From an uncultured archaeon (GTDB lineage: Archaea > Asgardarchaeota > Heimdallarchaeia > Heimdallarchaeales > Heimdallarchaeaceae), in contig CAZJUB010000005.1 in assembly GCA_964549075.1 (NCBI GenBank), positions 12,319-76,318 on the forward strand: 64,000 bases of DNA, given 5' to 3'. Numbering within the stretch: the stretch's first letter is position 1; each line of letters begins with the position of its first letter. This document shows positions 18,792-28,652 of this stretch, in pieces. The position numbers and the translations under genes were made by a program. The notes below the pieces were generated by a model. That model had not been told where the DNA came from. It made no database searches and saw nothing but the letters and a program-made list of their open reading frames with translations.

Positions 18792-20707
18792 TGGGACACT
18801 TTATTAGAGCTATGGCTAGAGAGGAAGAACATCGTGAGAAGAAGTATTCTGATTGGGTTCTTTTCAAACGAATCTTTAGTGTATTTGGATACTATAAATC
18901 AGAAGCTTTTTCTGTGCTTACTATAGTAATCACTTTTTCTGTTTTTACAACTACAATTCCGTTATTATTAGCTAAAATTATCGATCTTTTTATCACACCG
19001 TTTGCAAAATCAAGCGCATATATTGTAAAATATCTCAATTCATTCACTTATTATAGTTCTTTACATAATTCGTTAATACAAAGTAAACTTGAGATTATAG
19101 CTCCTACTGCTTCACAACAAAATCTGAATGCTATTATAATAATTGGGAGTATGTACCTGCTATTTATGGTACTTAATTTTGTACTGATACTAGCAAGAAC
19201 TGTCTTCTTTGCTCGTTTAGGTCAAAAGATGATCTATAGAATAAGAAACGATCTTTTTTCTAAATTACAATATCTTTCTTTTGATTATTTTACTGAAATA
19301 GAATCAGGAAGAACCATTTCTAAATTAACAAACGATGTAGATGCTCTTGGAGAATTATTGACGACAGGAATTATAGATATTTTTGCAGATTTTGTTAGTT
19401 TAATTTGGATTTTAGCTTTAATGTTCATTCTTGATGTACAAATGACACTTTTTACTCTCACAGTTATACCAGTTTTGATAGTTATAGCATTTATTTTTCA
19501 AAAGAGAGTACGTTCTGCTTATAGAAGAACAAGAGTTGCTATTGCTCAAGTTACCGCTAATCTACAGGAAACCATTTCAGGTGTTAAAGTAACAAAAGCT
19601 CTTTCTAGAGAAGAGAAAAATATTCAAAATTTTAAAGGTTTAAACCAGGAGAATTATTCTGCTAATATACAAGCTGCGAGCGTTTCATCTTTATTTATGC
19701 CAATTATCCAGATTATTGCAGCATTAGGAAGTACTATTGTTATAGTATATGGTGGATATGCAGTGATAACGACAGGATCTATAACATTAGGAGTGTTGTA
19801 TGCTTTTCTAGAATACTCAAATAGATTTTTTATGCCAGTTATTAGTTTGTTTACATTTTATACTACAATACAATCAGGATTTGCAAGTGCAGAAAGAATA
19901 TTTGAGATTCTTGATGAAGAACCATCTGTTAAGAACGTTGAAAAACCTATTTATCCTGAGAAGATAAAAGGTCATTTGAAATTAGATAATGTCCATTTCA
20001 GATATACTGAAAATGTACCTATACTCAAGGATATCAATCTTGAAATTGTGCCAGGAAAAAGCATAGCTCTTGTCGGGCAAACTGGTGCTGGAAAAACCAC
20101 CATTACTAAATTACTTTCACGATATTATGATGTAACTGATGGAAATTTGTATGTTGATGGATTAAATATTAAAGATATAGATTTAGAAACTCTAAGAAAA
20201 AATATTGCTGTAGTTCCTCAAGATGTTTATTTGTTTAGCGGATCAATAATGGATAATCTGAAATTCGGAAAGAAGGATGCTTCAGATAAAGAAGTTTACG
20301 ATATATGTTTGATTTTAGGATTGCATGACTACATATTAAGACTTCCTGAAGGTTATGATACAGATGTTAAAGAAGGAGGTGCTAGGTTGTCACTTGGTCA
20401 GAGACAACTGATATCGCTTGCAAGAGCTGTTGTAGCAGATCCAAGTATACTTATTTTGGATGAATGTAGTAGCTCTGTTGACCCAATAACTGAAGCGTTA
20501 ATACAGAAAGGTATTAACTATATTTTGAGAGATAGAACTTCAATAATAATTGCACATAGGTTAAGTACCATTAAAAATGTCTCACAAATAGTAGTTCTAG
20601 ATGATGGAGAGATTGTTGAAATAGGTTCTCATAATGAATTGATGAAAAATAAAGGAAAATATCACGATTTATATGAGACACAGTTAACAAGCAATGTAAT
20701 AACCTAA
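18791..20707 (+). CDS. ABC exporter TMD-NBD half transporter (consensus-site subunit)
   Basis: GQTGAGKT, LSLGQRQ, LDE, AHRLST; coupled to the upstream half transporter (heterodimer type). Confidence 0.92.
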   Translation: MGHFIRAMAREEEHREKKYSDWVLFKRIFSVFGYYKSEAFSVLTIVITFSVFTTTIPLLLAKIIDLFITPFAKSSAYIVKYLNSFTYYSSLHNSLIQSKLEIIAPTASQQNLNAIIIIGSMYLLFMVLNFVLILARTVFFARLGQKMIYRIRNDLFSKLQYLSFDYFTEIESGRTISKLTNDVDALGELLTTGIIDIFADFVSLIWILALMFILDVQMTLFTLTVIPVLIVIAFIFQKRVRSAYRRTRVAIAQVTANLQETISGVKVTKALSREEKNIQNFKGLNQENYSANIQAASVSSLFMPIIQIIAALGSTIVIVYGGYAVITTGSITLGVLYAFLEYSNRFFMPVISLFTFYTTIQSGFASAERIFEILDEEPSVKNVEKPIYPEKIKGHLKLDNVHFRYTENVPILKDINLEIVPGKSIALVGQTGAGKTTITKLLSRYYDVTDGNLYVDGLNIKDIDLETLRKNIAVVPQDVYLFSGSIMDNLKFGKKDASDKEVYDICLILGLHDYILRLPEGYDTDVKEGGARLSLGQRQLISLARAVVADPSILILDECSSSVDPITEALIQKGINYILRDRTSIIIAHRLSTIKNVSQIVVLDDGEIVEIGSHNELMKNKGKYHDLYETQLTSNVIT

Positions 20708-20767
20708 CGATATCTTCATTTCAAAATCCTTTTTATAGTAACATTTTACACTATCCATGAATGTAAT

Positions 20768-22621
20768 ATGGCAAGAGTAGAAGAACTTATAGCTAATAAG
20801 AAGGGGAGGGTTCTTTGTCTAGGTAATGAGGCTATAGCTCGAGGAGCAATAGAATCAGGTGTCCAAATCTTCGCAGCTTATCCTGGTACTCCAAGTAGTG
20901 AAGTAAGTAATGCTCTTATTGCAGCAGCACCAAAACTAGGTTATTATGCTGAATGGAGTACAAATGAGAAAGTCGCATTTGAAACAGCATTTGCAGCTTC
21001 CATAACAGGAGTTCGAGCAATGACTGCATGCAAACATGTAGGAATAAATGTATTAGCAGATGCACTGTTTAGTGCTGCATATATGGGAACCACTGGTGGT
21101 TTTGTTGTTTTAGTCGCTGACGATCCTAATTGTTTTAGTAGTCAAAATGAACAAGATTCTAGGTGGCTTGGAGTTACTGCTCAAGTTCCAGTACTTGAAC
21201 CTTCCAATCCTCAAGAAGCTAAAGAATTTACTAAATTAGCTTTTACGATTAGTGAGAAATTTGAACAGATTATAATTTTAAGATCAACAACTAGAATTTC
21301 TCATGCTAGAGCTGATATTGAATTTAATGAATTTGAATCCAATTTCAGAGAAGGAAAATTTGAAAAAAGTTTGAGATATATATGTTTACCTGCTCTAGCT
21401 AGAGCTAATCATCCAAAACTTGTAGCAAAATTAGAAGAAATTAAGGAATGGATCCCTGAAAGTGGATTATCAATTATAGAAGGACCAGATGATAATGAAT
21501 ATGGTGTAATTACTAGTGGTATATCCTATAGTTATCTAAAAGATGCATTAGCACTTTTGGAGAAAGATATACCAATACTTAAACTTGGTATGATCGCTCC
21601 ACTTGATGAACAAACTATACTTGAATTTGCTAAAAACAAGAAGAACATTATATTTATTGAGGAAGTTGATTCATATCTAGAAGATCGAATCAGTGCGCTT
21701 CTTCTACAAAATGGCCTTAATCCAAAGATACACGGTAAATGTACAAATATAACTAATAGATACCACGAACTAAATTCTAGACTTGTAGCTGAAGCTTTAC
21801 AGGGAGTTATCGGAGGTGAATTAGAATCGGTTTCAGAGATCAACGCGATTTCTGAAGAGACTAAGGAATTTGTTCCTTTCAGACCACCACTTTTCTGTCC
21901 AGGATGTCAACACAGAGCAGCCTTCTGGGAACTATCCAAAGTTGTTAGAAAGAACAAAGGGATATTTGCTTCAGATATAGGATGCTATTCTTTAGATCCT
22001 TGGGTTACAGATACAATTCTATGTATGGGTGGTGGGATAAGCATGGCAAATGGATTTGCACGTGTTATCACAGATAAACCTATCTTTGCATTTATCGGAG
22101 ATAGTACCTTCTTCCACACTGGTTTGCCTGCTTTAGCAAATGCTGTTTATCAGAAAGCAAATATCAACATTTTAGTTCTTGATAATAGAATGACTGCAAT
22201 GACTGGATTTCAACCAAATCCAACTGAAATGTTAGATATAGCTGATGTAGCTAAAGCTTTAGGGGTTGAATACGTAGTAGAATTTGATCCTTACGATTTT
22301 GAGAAAGGTAAGAAAACATTTGAAGACGCTTTGAAGCATGAGGGGCCTACTGTAATTATAATGAGAAAGATATGTGCAAACGAGTGGTGGAGACAAACCA
22401 GAAGAAGAGGAGAAAAAATAGAAGTATATACCATTGATCCTGAAACATGTACTGCTTGTGGCACTTGTTTGGTTCAATATCAATGTCCTGCAATTCACTG
22501 GAGTATAGATACCAATTCTAAAGGTAAGAACTATTCAGTAATCGATCCATCAATGTGTACAGGCTGTGGTGTTTGCGCCCAGATATGTCCTTTTGAGGCT
22601 ATTTCAAAGGTGGTGGACTAG
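20768..22621 (+). CDS. iorA: Indolepyruvate:ferredoxin oxidoreductase alpha subunit
   Basis: GNEAIARGA, YPGTPSSE, NEKVA, SQNEQD, RPP.FCPGC.H, DIGCY, GDSTF, C-terminal 2[4Fe-4S] ferredoxin. Confidence 0.95.
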   Translation: MARVEELIANKKGRVLCLGNEAIARGAIESGVQIFAAYPGTPSSEVSNALIAAAPKLGYYAEWSTNEKVAFETAFAASITGVRAMTACKHVGINVLADALFSAAYMGTTGGFVVLVADDPNCFSSQNEQDSRWLGVTAQVPVLEPSNPQEAKEFTKLAFTISEKFEQIIILRSTTRISHARADIEFNEFESNFREGKFEKSLRYICLPALARANHPKLVAKLEEIKEWIPESGLSIIEGPDDNEYGVITSGISYSYLKDALALLEKDIPILKLGMIAPLDEQTILEFAKNKKNIIFIEEVDSYLEDRISALLLQNGLNPKIHGKCTNITNRYHELNSRLVAEALQGVIGGELESVSEINAISEETKEFVPFRPPLFCPGCQHRAAFWELSKVVRKNKGIFASDIGCYSLDPWVTDTILCMGGGISMANGFARVITDKPIFAFIGDSTFFHTGLPALANAVYQKANINILVLDNRMTAMTGFQPNPTEMLDIADVAKALGVEYVVEFDPYDFEKGKKTFEDALKHEGPTVIIMRKICANEWWRQTRRRGEKIEVYTIDPETCTACGTCLVQYQCPAIHWSIDTNSKGKNYSVIDPSMCTGCGVCAQICPFEAISKVVD

Positions 22622-23224
22622 ATGGTTGACACTTATCAAATGATAGTATGTGGTGTCGGTGGTCAAGGAATTCTTACAATAACTGATATCATCGTCATGG
22701 CAGCTCAAGAAAAAGGACTAAGAGTGTTAGGTTCAGAAGTACATGGAATGGCTCAAAAGGGAGGTTCTGTTGTAACGAACCTAAAGATAGGAAAAGAGTT
22801 GTACTCTCCTGTTACACCTATAGGTAGCTGCAAAGTACTCATTGGATTAGAACAGAATGAAACACTTAGATACTTAAAGTACCTGAAACCTGGAGGATTT
22901 GTATTAACTTCAACAACTGTATTGTTTCCAATTGTATGGAAAAAGGACAAGAAAGCAGCTCAATTAGCAAGAGAGAAAATAGAAGAAAACTTGGCAAAAT
23001 ATAAAGCAAAAATAGTTCGAATCGATGCTGAAAAACTAGCTATCGAAGCTGGTTTAGCATTAGCTCAGAACATAGTATTACTAGGAGCATTATCTCAAGT
23101 AGAAGGATTTCCTTTAACTGTAGAAGAACTTAAAGTAGCTCTAAAACAGAGAGTACCAGCTAAATATCTTGAAGAAAATATAAAAGCATTCGAGTTAGGA
23201 ATAAATGCAATTTCTAACTCCTAA
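22622..23224 (+). CDS. iorB: Indolepyruvate:ferredoxin oxidoreductase beta subunit
   Basis: GVGGQG, SEVHGMAQKGGSV, NIVLLGA, N.KAF..G. Confidence 0.95.
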   Translation: MVDTYQMIVCGVGGQGILTITDIIVMAAQEKGLRVLGSEVHGMAQKGGSVVTNLKIGKELYSPVTPIGSCKVLIGLEQNETLRYLKYLKPGGFVLTSTTVLFPIVWKKDKKAAQLAREKIEENLAKYKAKIVRIDAEKLAIEAGLALAQNIVLLGALSQVEGFPLTVEELKVALKQRVPAKYLEENIKAFELGINAISNS

Positions 23225-23281
23225 TTACTTTTTATCGTGCATGATAACTATTCTGAATTATTAGTTCGTATTAATAAGAAA

Positions 23282-23593
23282 CTATTTTTCCTCGTCTGGT
23301 AATTGTACAGGTTCAATTATCTTCTCACCTGCAACAGCCTCATCAACAGAATGTATGGAAGAGCCATAATCACGAAGTGTTTCTTGAATTTCATCAAATA
23401 CAAGGTTGTCACCTTCTATAGTAACATTGATCCCTTCTGTACTCGAATCAGTTTCAGTTCTAAAAATATTTACTGATACTACACCAGGTAATTCAGCAAT
23501 AGCAGAAGCCAAGACATCAATTCTCGGTTGATGAGGTTTTAAAACATCTAATACAAGTCTTCTTATCCGAACAGTTCTAGAGGGCGTAACCAT
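23282..23593 (-). CDS. DUF211 family protein
   Basis: IRRLVLDVLKPH.P...G.SIHSVDE..AG signature. Confidence 0.88.
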   Translation of the reverse strand: MVTPSRTVRIRRLVLDVLKPHQPRIDVLASAIAELPGVVSVNIFRTETDSSTEGINVTIEGDNLVFDEIQETLRDYGSSIHSVDEAVAGEKIIEPVQLPDEEK

Positions 23594-23795
23594 CTTTATT
23601 TCACAATTTGCGATAATTTAACTACTTGAATTTTTATTTCTTTAATTCTTAAACTTTTAGATACCTAAATTTAGACGTTTTTAATATAAAAAATCAGAAA
23701 CATTTTGATTACCATAACGAAAAACAATATTAATTATAGTAAAGAATAAGAAGTGGGAACTCCCAATAACTTTGTACAACAACGTGATGAGGTCT

Positions 23796-26700
23796 ATGTC
23801 AAAAAAATTTCCTTATGATATATGGATATCTGCAGGGAGTGATGCAGGTATCAGTTTTGCAACAATAGGACGTTTAGCAAAAGATTCAAGCATGATGCAA
23901 GGTATACTTCTTTCTCTACAATCATTGATGACAACTGAAGTTAATGTGAGTAATTCACAATTTATGACAGGAGAAAATGAATATGTAAAATTCGGTACAT
24001 TTACTCTTGCTGAACAAGTTGAAAATGTTGTTGTTCAATATGTTGTTAAATCAGATCAACCGAATAAATTAACAAAGGAAGACGAAAAATTAGTTCAAGA
24101 ATTGGCACTTTCATTCTGTAGATTTATAATTTTAACTCCTAAATTCCATCAGCATCTTGCTACAGGGAGAATGATCTCTCCAGATAATGTATCCAAAGCT
24201 TTTCTTAAAGCATGTACAATTGCAAAACAGAAAATTTCTGTTCAAAAAAATAATAAAGGATTGTTAGATTTAATCGATAAGAACCTCAGAGATTTAGAGA
24301 AAGATAGTATCAAATATCCAACAATTGCGCAATTGAGAGATCTGAGAGAGTGGATAGGAGAGGATGAAAATTCGTGGGAAAATGGGGCTTTAGTCACATT
24401 TAAACGACAATTACTTGTGCAAATGGTAGCACAAGATATTCTTAATCAAATCATCACAGAAGATCCGTTTGTTCTGATTGAATATGGAACACCTCGATAT
24501 GTTATTGAAGAGATTAGAAACCACATTGAAAAATATTTGAGAGGAAGAGAAATCAAACCAAAAGAATTGGTTGATCAATATCTAACTAAAAATCTGGATA
24601 AGAAGGTAAAAGCTCAACTAAAGAAGTTAACAATAGATGAGATTCATTCATCTAACTCATTCATAGCTCATAATTTAGCTAAAGAAGTGATATTCTCACT
24701 CTCTAAGGAAGATCCTATCTGTGCTTTAATTGATTTTAGAAATGTAGATCTTTACTCTACTATTAGAAATGAAATTGGGATAGCAACTGAAGTTCCAAAT
24801 CCAGGGGATTTAATTTGTAATGCACTGATAGAAGATGTAACACCTTTAGCTCTCCAAAGCGCAAGATTATTCTTTAATCAGCTGATAAAACCATTTGAAG
24901 GAAGAAGGCTTCCTAAAAGTATTTGGAATGTTATTGTAGATTTTTCGTTCTCTATTTTAGATGAAAAGAAAATAAAACCTGTCAAAAAGAAAAATGGTAA
25001 AGATAAGAGTACAGGAATAGGAATAAAAAGAGATTTAGTTAAAGAACGAGTATCAAAATTATCAGTTATTCAAAATGGATGGTTGAAAGAACTTGCAAAG
25101 AAATTTGAAGAAATGGGTATTGGAAAGCAATTACAGATTTCCAATGTTGAAGAATCTGTTGTTTTTGCTAGTGCACTTGAAAAAGCTATAATCACAACTC
25201 TTGAAAAAATTGTAAAAGACCAGCTATTCAACTCAAGCTTAGGTGATATCTTTGCATATATGGTAAATTCTTTCAAGGATATAGCACCTAAAACAGTTTT
25301 TGTGAATATTTTAGAAGGTATTATGGAAGATCTCAAAAAACGGAAATATGATACACCTACACAAATGGCACTAAACTCTAGAGATCTTATACGTTCAGCT
25401 TTAGAGGAAGGAGCCATAAAAGCACATGTAAATTCTGTTCCTGTTCAGCTGAAGAAGTCCTTCTTCAAAGGAAGTTACTTGAAATTTGATGGACGAAGAA
25501 TCTCTGCAGCTGAAATTATCCAAAAACAAGGGGTCACACTAAATATCGGTAATAAAGTAATGCCACTTAGAGATGCAGAGAAAGATGCAGAATTTCTAAC
25601 AACTTGTTTCTTAAACTCAAAAATCATGAAAAGATCATATCCAAAAGCTATTCTTCGTGGAATGATTGAATCTTATCTTCAACAGATGTTCCATTTTGAA
25701 GGTGAAGTATACAACCAACTGGACACTTTAATAACTGTCTTCAACAGAGAAGTCGCAACAAAACTAACACCAGCACATCGTCTTCCAGATATACAGAATA
25801 GTTTTCCATCATTTCCAATTATCAGAAATATTCCACAAAGATTTACAGGTAAGAATTTTCACGAGAGATGTCAAGAAAGTTGGAATATGTATGCGCCTAA
25901 AATTCACAAGGTACTTCAGGATTTACTTTCTGGTTTCTCATCTCTGAAATCTAAAGATTCCAATTACAAGAAGAAGGCAATGAAACTCTATACTACTGCA
26001 ATTAAGGAATTGAAAGATATTCGAAAAAACCTAATTAAAAATTGGAGTCCTTTGAACGATCAAATGACTAAAATGGTTGAAAACTGGTCTAATGAGGTAA
26101 GTGTTGATTTATCCTCTCATCTTGATACAGTCAATAAGAAAGCTCATACGTGGCTTGGAAATGAATTCAAGATTCAGAAGTTAGAATATGGCAAGTTTAC
26201 TATCTCTGAAAAGCAAGGTCTGAAAGAAATAATAGATACTGTAAATCAATTAAATCCTCATGAGATTGCTGATCTTCCTAAAAATTTCATGGAGATAGCT
26301 ATTTCTATATTACTTTATCGAAGAATTCCCGAATATGTGATAGATGAATCATATACACAAATGATTAGTGGTGAAAAAAAGGTTGCTGATTCAGTCTTAA
26401 AAGCTTGGAGTAGAAGTCGTTCAAGGAAGGAATTTGAGAACAATCTTTATCTTAACATGCGCTCACTTGGAAATACTTTTACTAAAATGATTAACACATA
26501 TGGGAGACTTACAAGTACTTTGTTTGTTGAAAATGATTTAGAACTTTCAAGTGACATCAATGGATATTATATCGTTTTAGGAAGCCTTCCTAAAGAGATC
26601 TATTCTACAAAAAATGGTGTTTTAGATATCATTAAATTCCCAAATGTTGAAGTCGCGAGTCATCCTAAAGATTGGGAAATAAGATTGTACTTAGAGCCAG

Positions 26701-26945
26701 GTTATAAAAGAGATATGGATGAATATAGAGACAAATTGATTGTGATGAGTGATATCATAGGTTTTGTAGCTAGAAAGAAGTTCGATGAAAATATTGGTCC
26801 TGTTCTTGAAGGAATAAAAGCAGTAATTTCATACCTAATTGAAAATGGTGAAACAAATGTTATAGACCTTACAGAGACAATAAAAGAAGCACTCTTTAGG
26901 TTGTCTGAATATCCAACTACAATTGCTGAAGAAAAAGAGAAATAA
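23796..26945 (+). CDS. Large (~1050 aa) mostly helical hypothetical protein, possible N-terminal longin-like domain
   Basis: Long uninterrupted ORF; N-terminal beta-beta-helix pattern MMQGILLSLQSLM (inference). Start uncertain (TTG 23772, ATG 23796). Confidence 0.65.
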   Translation: MSKKFPYDIWISAGSDAGISFATIGRLAKDSSMMQGILLSLQSLMTTEVNVSNSQFMTGENEYVKFGTFTLAEQVENVVVQYVVKSDQPNKLTKEDEKLVQELALSFCRFIILTPKFHQHLATGRMISPDNVSKAFLKACTIAKQKISVQKNNKGLLDLIDKNLRDLEKDSIKYPTIAQLRDLREWIGEDENSWENGALVTFKRQLLVQMVAQDILNQIITEDPFVLIEYGTPRYVIEEIRNHIEKYLRGREIKPKELVDQYLTKNLDKKVKAQLKKLTIDEIHSSNSFIAHNLAKEVIFSLSKEDPICALIDFRNVDLYSTIRNEIGIATEVPNPGDLICNALIEDVTPLALQSARLFFNQLIKPFEGRRLPKSIWNVIVDFSFSILDEKKIKPVKKKNGKDKSTGIGIKRDLVKERVSKLSVIQNGWLKELAKKFEEMGIGKQLQISNVEESVVFASALEKAIITTLEKIVKDQLFNSSLGDIFAYMVNSFKDIAPKTVFVNILEGIMEDLKKRKYDTPTQMALNSRDLIRSALEEGAIKAHVNSVPVQLKKSFFKGSYLKFDGRRISAAEIIQKQGVTLNIGNKVMPLRDAEKDAEFLTTCFLNSKIMKRSYPKAILRGMIESYLQQMFHFEGEVYNQLDTLITVFNREVATKLTPAHRLPDIQNSFPSFPIIRNIPQRFTGKNFHERCQESWNMYAPKIHKVLQDLLSGFSSLKSKDSNYKKKAMKLYTTAIKELKDIRKNLIKNWSPLNDQMTKMVENWSNEVSVDLSSHLDTVNKKAHTWLGNEFKIQKLEYGKFTISEKQGLKEIIDTVNQLNPHEIADLPKNFMEIAISILLYRRIPEYVIDESYTQMISGEKKVADSVLKAWSRSRSRKEFENNLYLNMRSLGNTFTKMINTYGRLTSTLFVENDLELSSDINGYYIVLGSLPKEIYSTKNGVLDIIKFPNVEVASHPKDWEIRLYLEPGYKRDMDEYRDKLIVMSDIIGFVARKKFDENIGPVLEGIKAVISYLIENGETNVIDLTETIKEALFRLSEYPTTIAEEKEK

Positions 26946-26981
26946 ATCATTTTTAAATACTGATAAATTATTTAATAGCAC

Positions 26982-27707
26982 TTATTTAGGATTTCTAGGG
27001 CCGAATATTGCTGTTCCAACTCTAATTAAATTTGAACCTTCTTCAATAGCAATTTCATAATCACTAGACATACCCATTGAGAGAAAACAATTATCTGTTT
27101 CAAGGGAATGTAAAAACTTCTTTTGATATATTGAATAGGTTTTTGAGAAAAATTTTCTTAGCCAATCAGGAGAATTTTCATATTGGAGAGGAGCTATTGT
27201 CATTAGACCCCGAACCTCGATAGAGGTGTATTTTTTTACTATTTCTAAGAATTTTAATAATTCTTTTTCAGTCAAACCTTTTAAATTCTCAACGTCACTG
27301 AAATCAACCTGAAAAAAAATGGGATATAATTTGTTATTACTCTCAGAGTATTTATTCAATAATGAAAGGATTTGTTCAGATTCTACACTTTCGACTAAAT
27401 CACATTTTTCAACTGCAAATTTGGTTTTATTGGATTGTAATTGTCCAATAACGTGAATAACAGTAGAAGGTTTGTGGTTTCGTATTGCACCAATTTTTCT
27501 TTTAAATTCTGTTCCAACTATCTCACCTATGTGAGTTAAACCACTATCAAGAGCAGGTTGAATTCTAGCCATTTCAATTCTTTTTGTAACACCAACAATA
27601 GTAATATCAGATAAGTCCCTACCAGAAATACTTGCACTTTTTTCAACCTTCCTAAGAACTTCTTGGTAATTTGATTTAACATCTATTTCATATGTAAAAT
27701 CTGACAT
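26982..27707 (-). CDS. yggS: YggS/PLPBP pyridoxal-phosphate homeostasis protein
   Basis: VGVTK, HVIGQLQSNK, GLMTI, LSMGMSSDYEIAIEEGS..IRVGTAIFG.R. Confidence 0.93.
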   Translation of the reverse strand: MSDFTYEIDVKSNYQEVLRKVEKSASISGRDLSDITIVGVTKRIEMARIQPALDSGLTHIGEIVGTEFKRKIGAIRNHKPSTVIHVIGQLQSNKTKFAVEKCDLVESVESEQILSLLNKYSESNNKLYPIFFQVDFSDVENLKGLTEKELLKFLEIVKKYTSIEVRGLMTIAPLQYENSPDWLRKFFSKTYSIYQKKFLHSLETDNCFLSMGMSSDYEIAIEEGSNLIRVGTAIFGPRNPK

Positions 27708-27743
27708 CTTGTAAAAGTTACAAACACATCAAAAAAAGGATTA

Positions 27744-28550
27744 CTATAGAGAGAGATTTTCTTTTTCAAATAATACTCTTCCTTCCATTCCTCCATGTAC
27801 CATTATTGTGTTTCCTGAGATGTGACCAGCTGAATGATCAGAGAGTAAGTACACTACTGCTCTAGCTACGTCTTCTGGTTTAGCTATTTTTTTCATGGGA
27901 ATAGTCTGAAGTATCTTTCTAACAGTTTCCTTATCTTCTAAAGATTTTTCTGCCATTTCTGTTAAAACCCATCCGGGAGCAACTGTGTTCACTCTTCCAA
28001 ATGGTGCGTAATTTACAATCTCATTCTTCCAAGTATTTGTTAGACCATATTGTAACGCAGCTTTAGTTGCAGAATAATCAGCATGTCCTGCTTCACCAAA
28101 CAATCCTGCAGTGGAACCGATTAAAACTAAAGATGCGTTATTATCAGGATACTTTTGTAGATTCTTGAAAAACGCTTTCACACAGAGAAAAACACCTGTA
28201 AGATTTACATCTAATGTATTTTGCCATTGTTCTAATTCTAATTCAGCTGTGAGTTTAGGAGAAGGTGACCAAACTCCTGCATTTGCTACTAATCCGTCTA
28301 TTCTTCCAAAGTGATTATTAGCTTTAGAGAATATTTCCAATACTTCCTCCTCTTCTCTCAAATCTCCTTTTAGTAAGACGACTTTTCCCTCAATATATCG
28401 ATTTTGCAGTTCTTGAGCCATTTTAATATTCTTATGATAATGAATCGATATTTTTGAACCTTCAAGAATTAAATGTTCTATTATAGAACGCCCAATACCA
28501 CCAGTTCCTCCTGTAACTAAAATATGTTTATCTTTAAGTTGTAAATCCAT
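27744..28550 (-). CDS. Short-chain dehydrogenase/reductase
   Basis: TGGTGGIG, ANAG, YSATK, RVNTVAPG. Confidence 0.92.
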   Translation of the reverse strand: MDLQLKDKHILVTGGTGGIGRSIIEHLILEGSKISIHYHKNIKMAQELQNRYIEGKVVLLKGDLREEEEVLEIFSKANNHFGRIDGLVANAGVWSPSPKLTAELELEQWQNTLDVNLTGVFLCVKAFFKNLQKYPDNNASLVLIGSTAGLFGEAGHADYSATKAALQYGLTNTWKNEIVNYAPFGRVNTVAPGWVLTEMAEKSLEDKETVRKILQTIPMKKIAKPEDVARAVVYLLSDHSAGHISGNTIMVHGGMEGRVLFEKENLSL

Positions 28551-28652
28551 GATTAAAAAAAGAGCTAGTGGATTTTAAATCTATTTGAGATTAAACTTAT
28601 CTTCAATAGTATATCTTTATATTCTTTCAAGTATCACAAATTAACGATTAGT

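Noticed and set aside
16974-20707. Degenerate Walker B/switch in the first ABC subunit as a novelty
   Set aside because: Normal for heterodimeric exporters with one degenerate site.
23754-23765. TGGGAACTCCCA mini-palindrome
   Set aside because: Only 5-bp arms; expected by chance.
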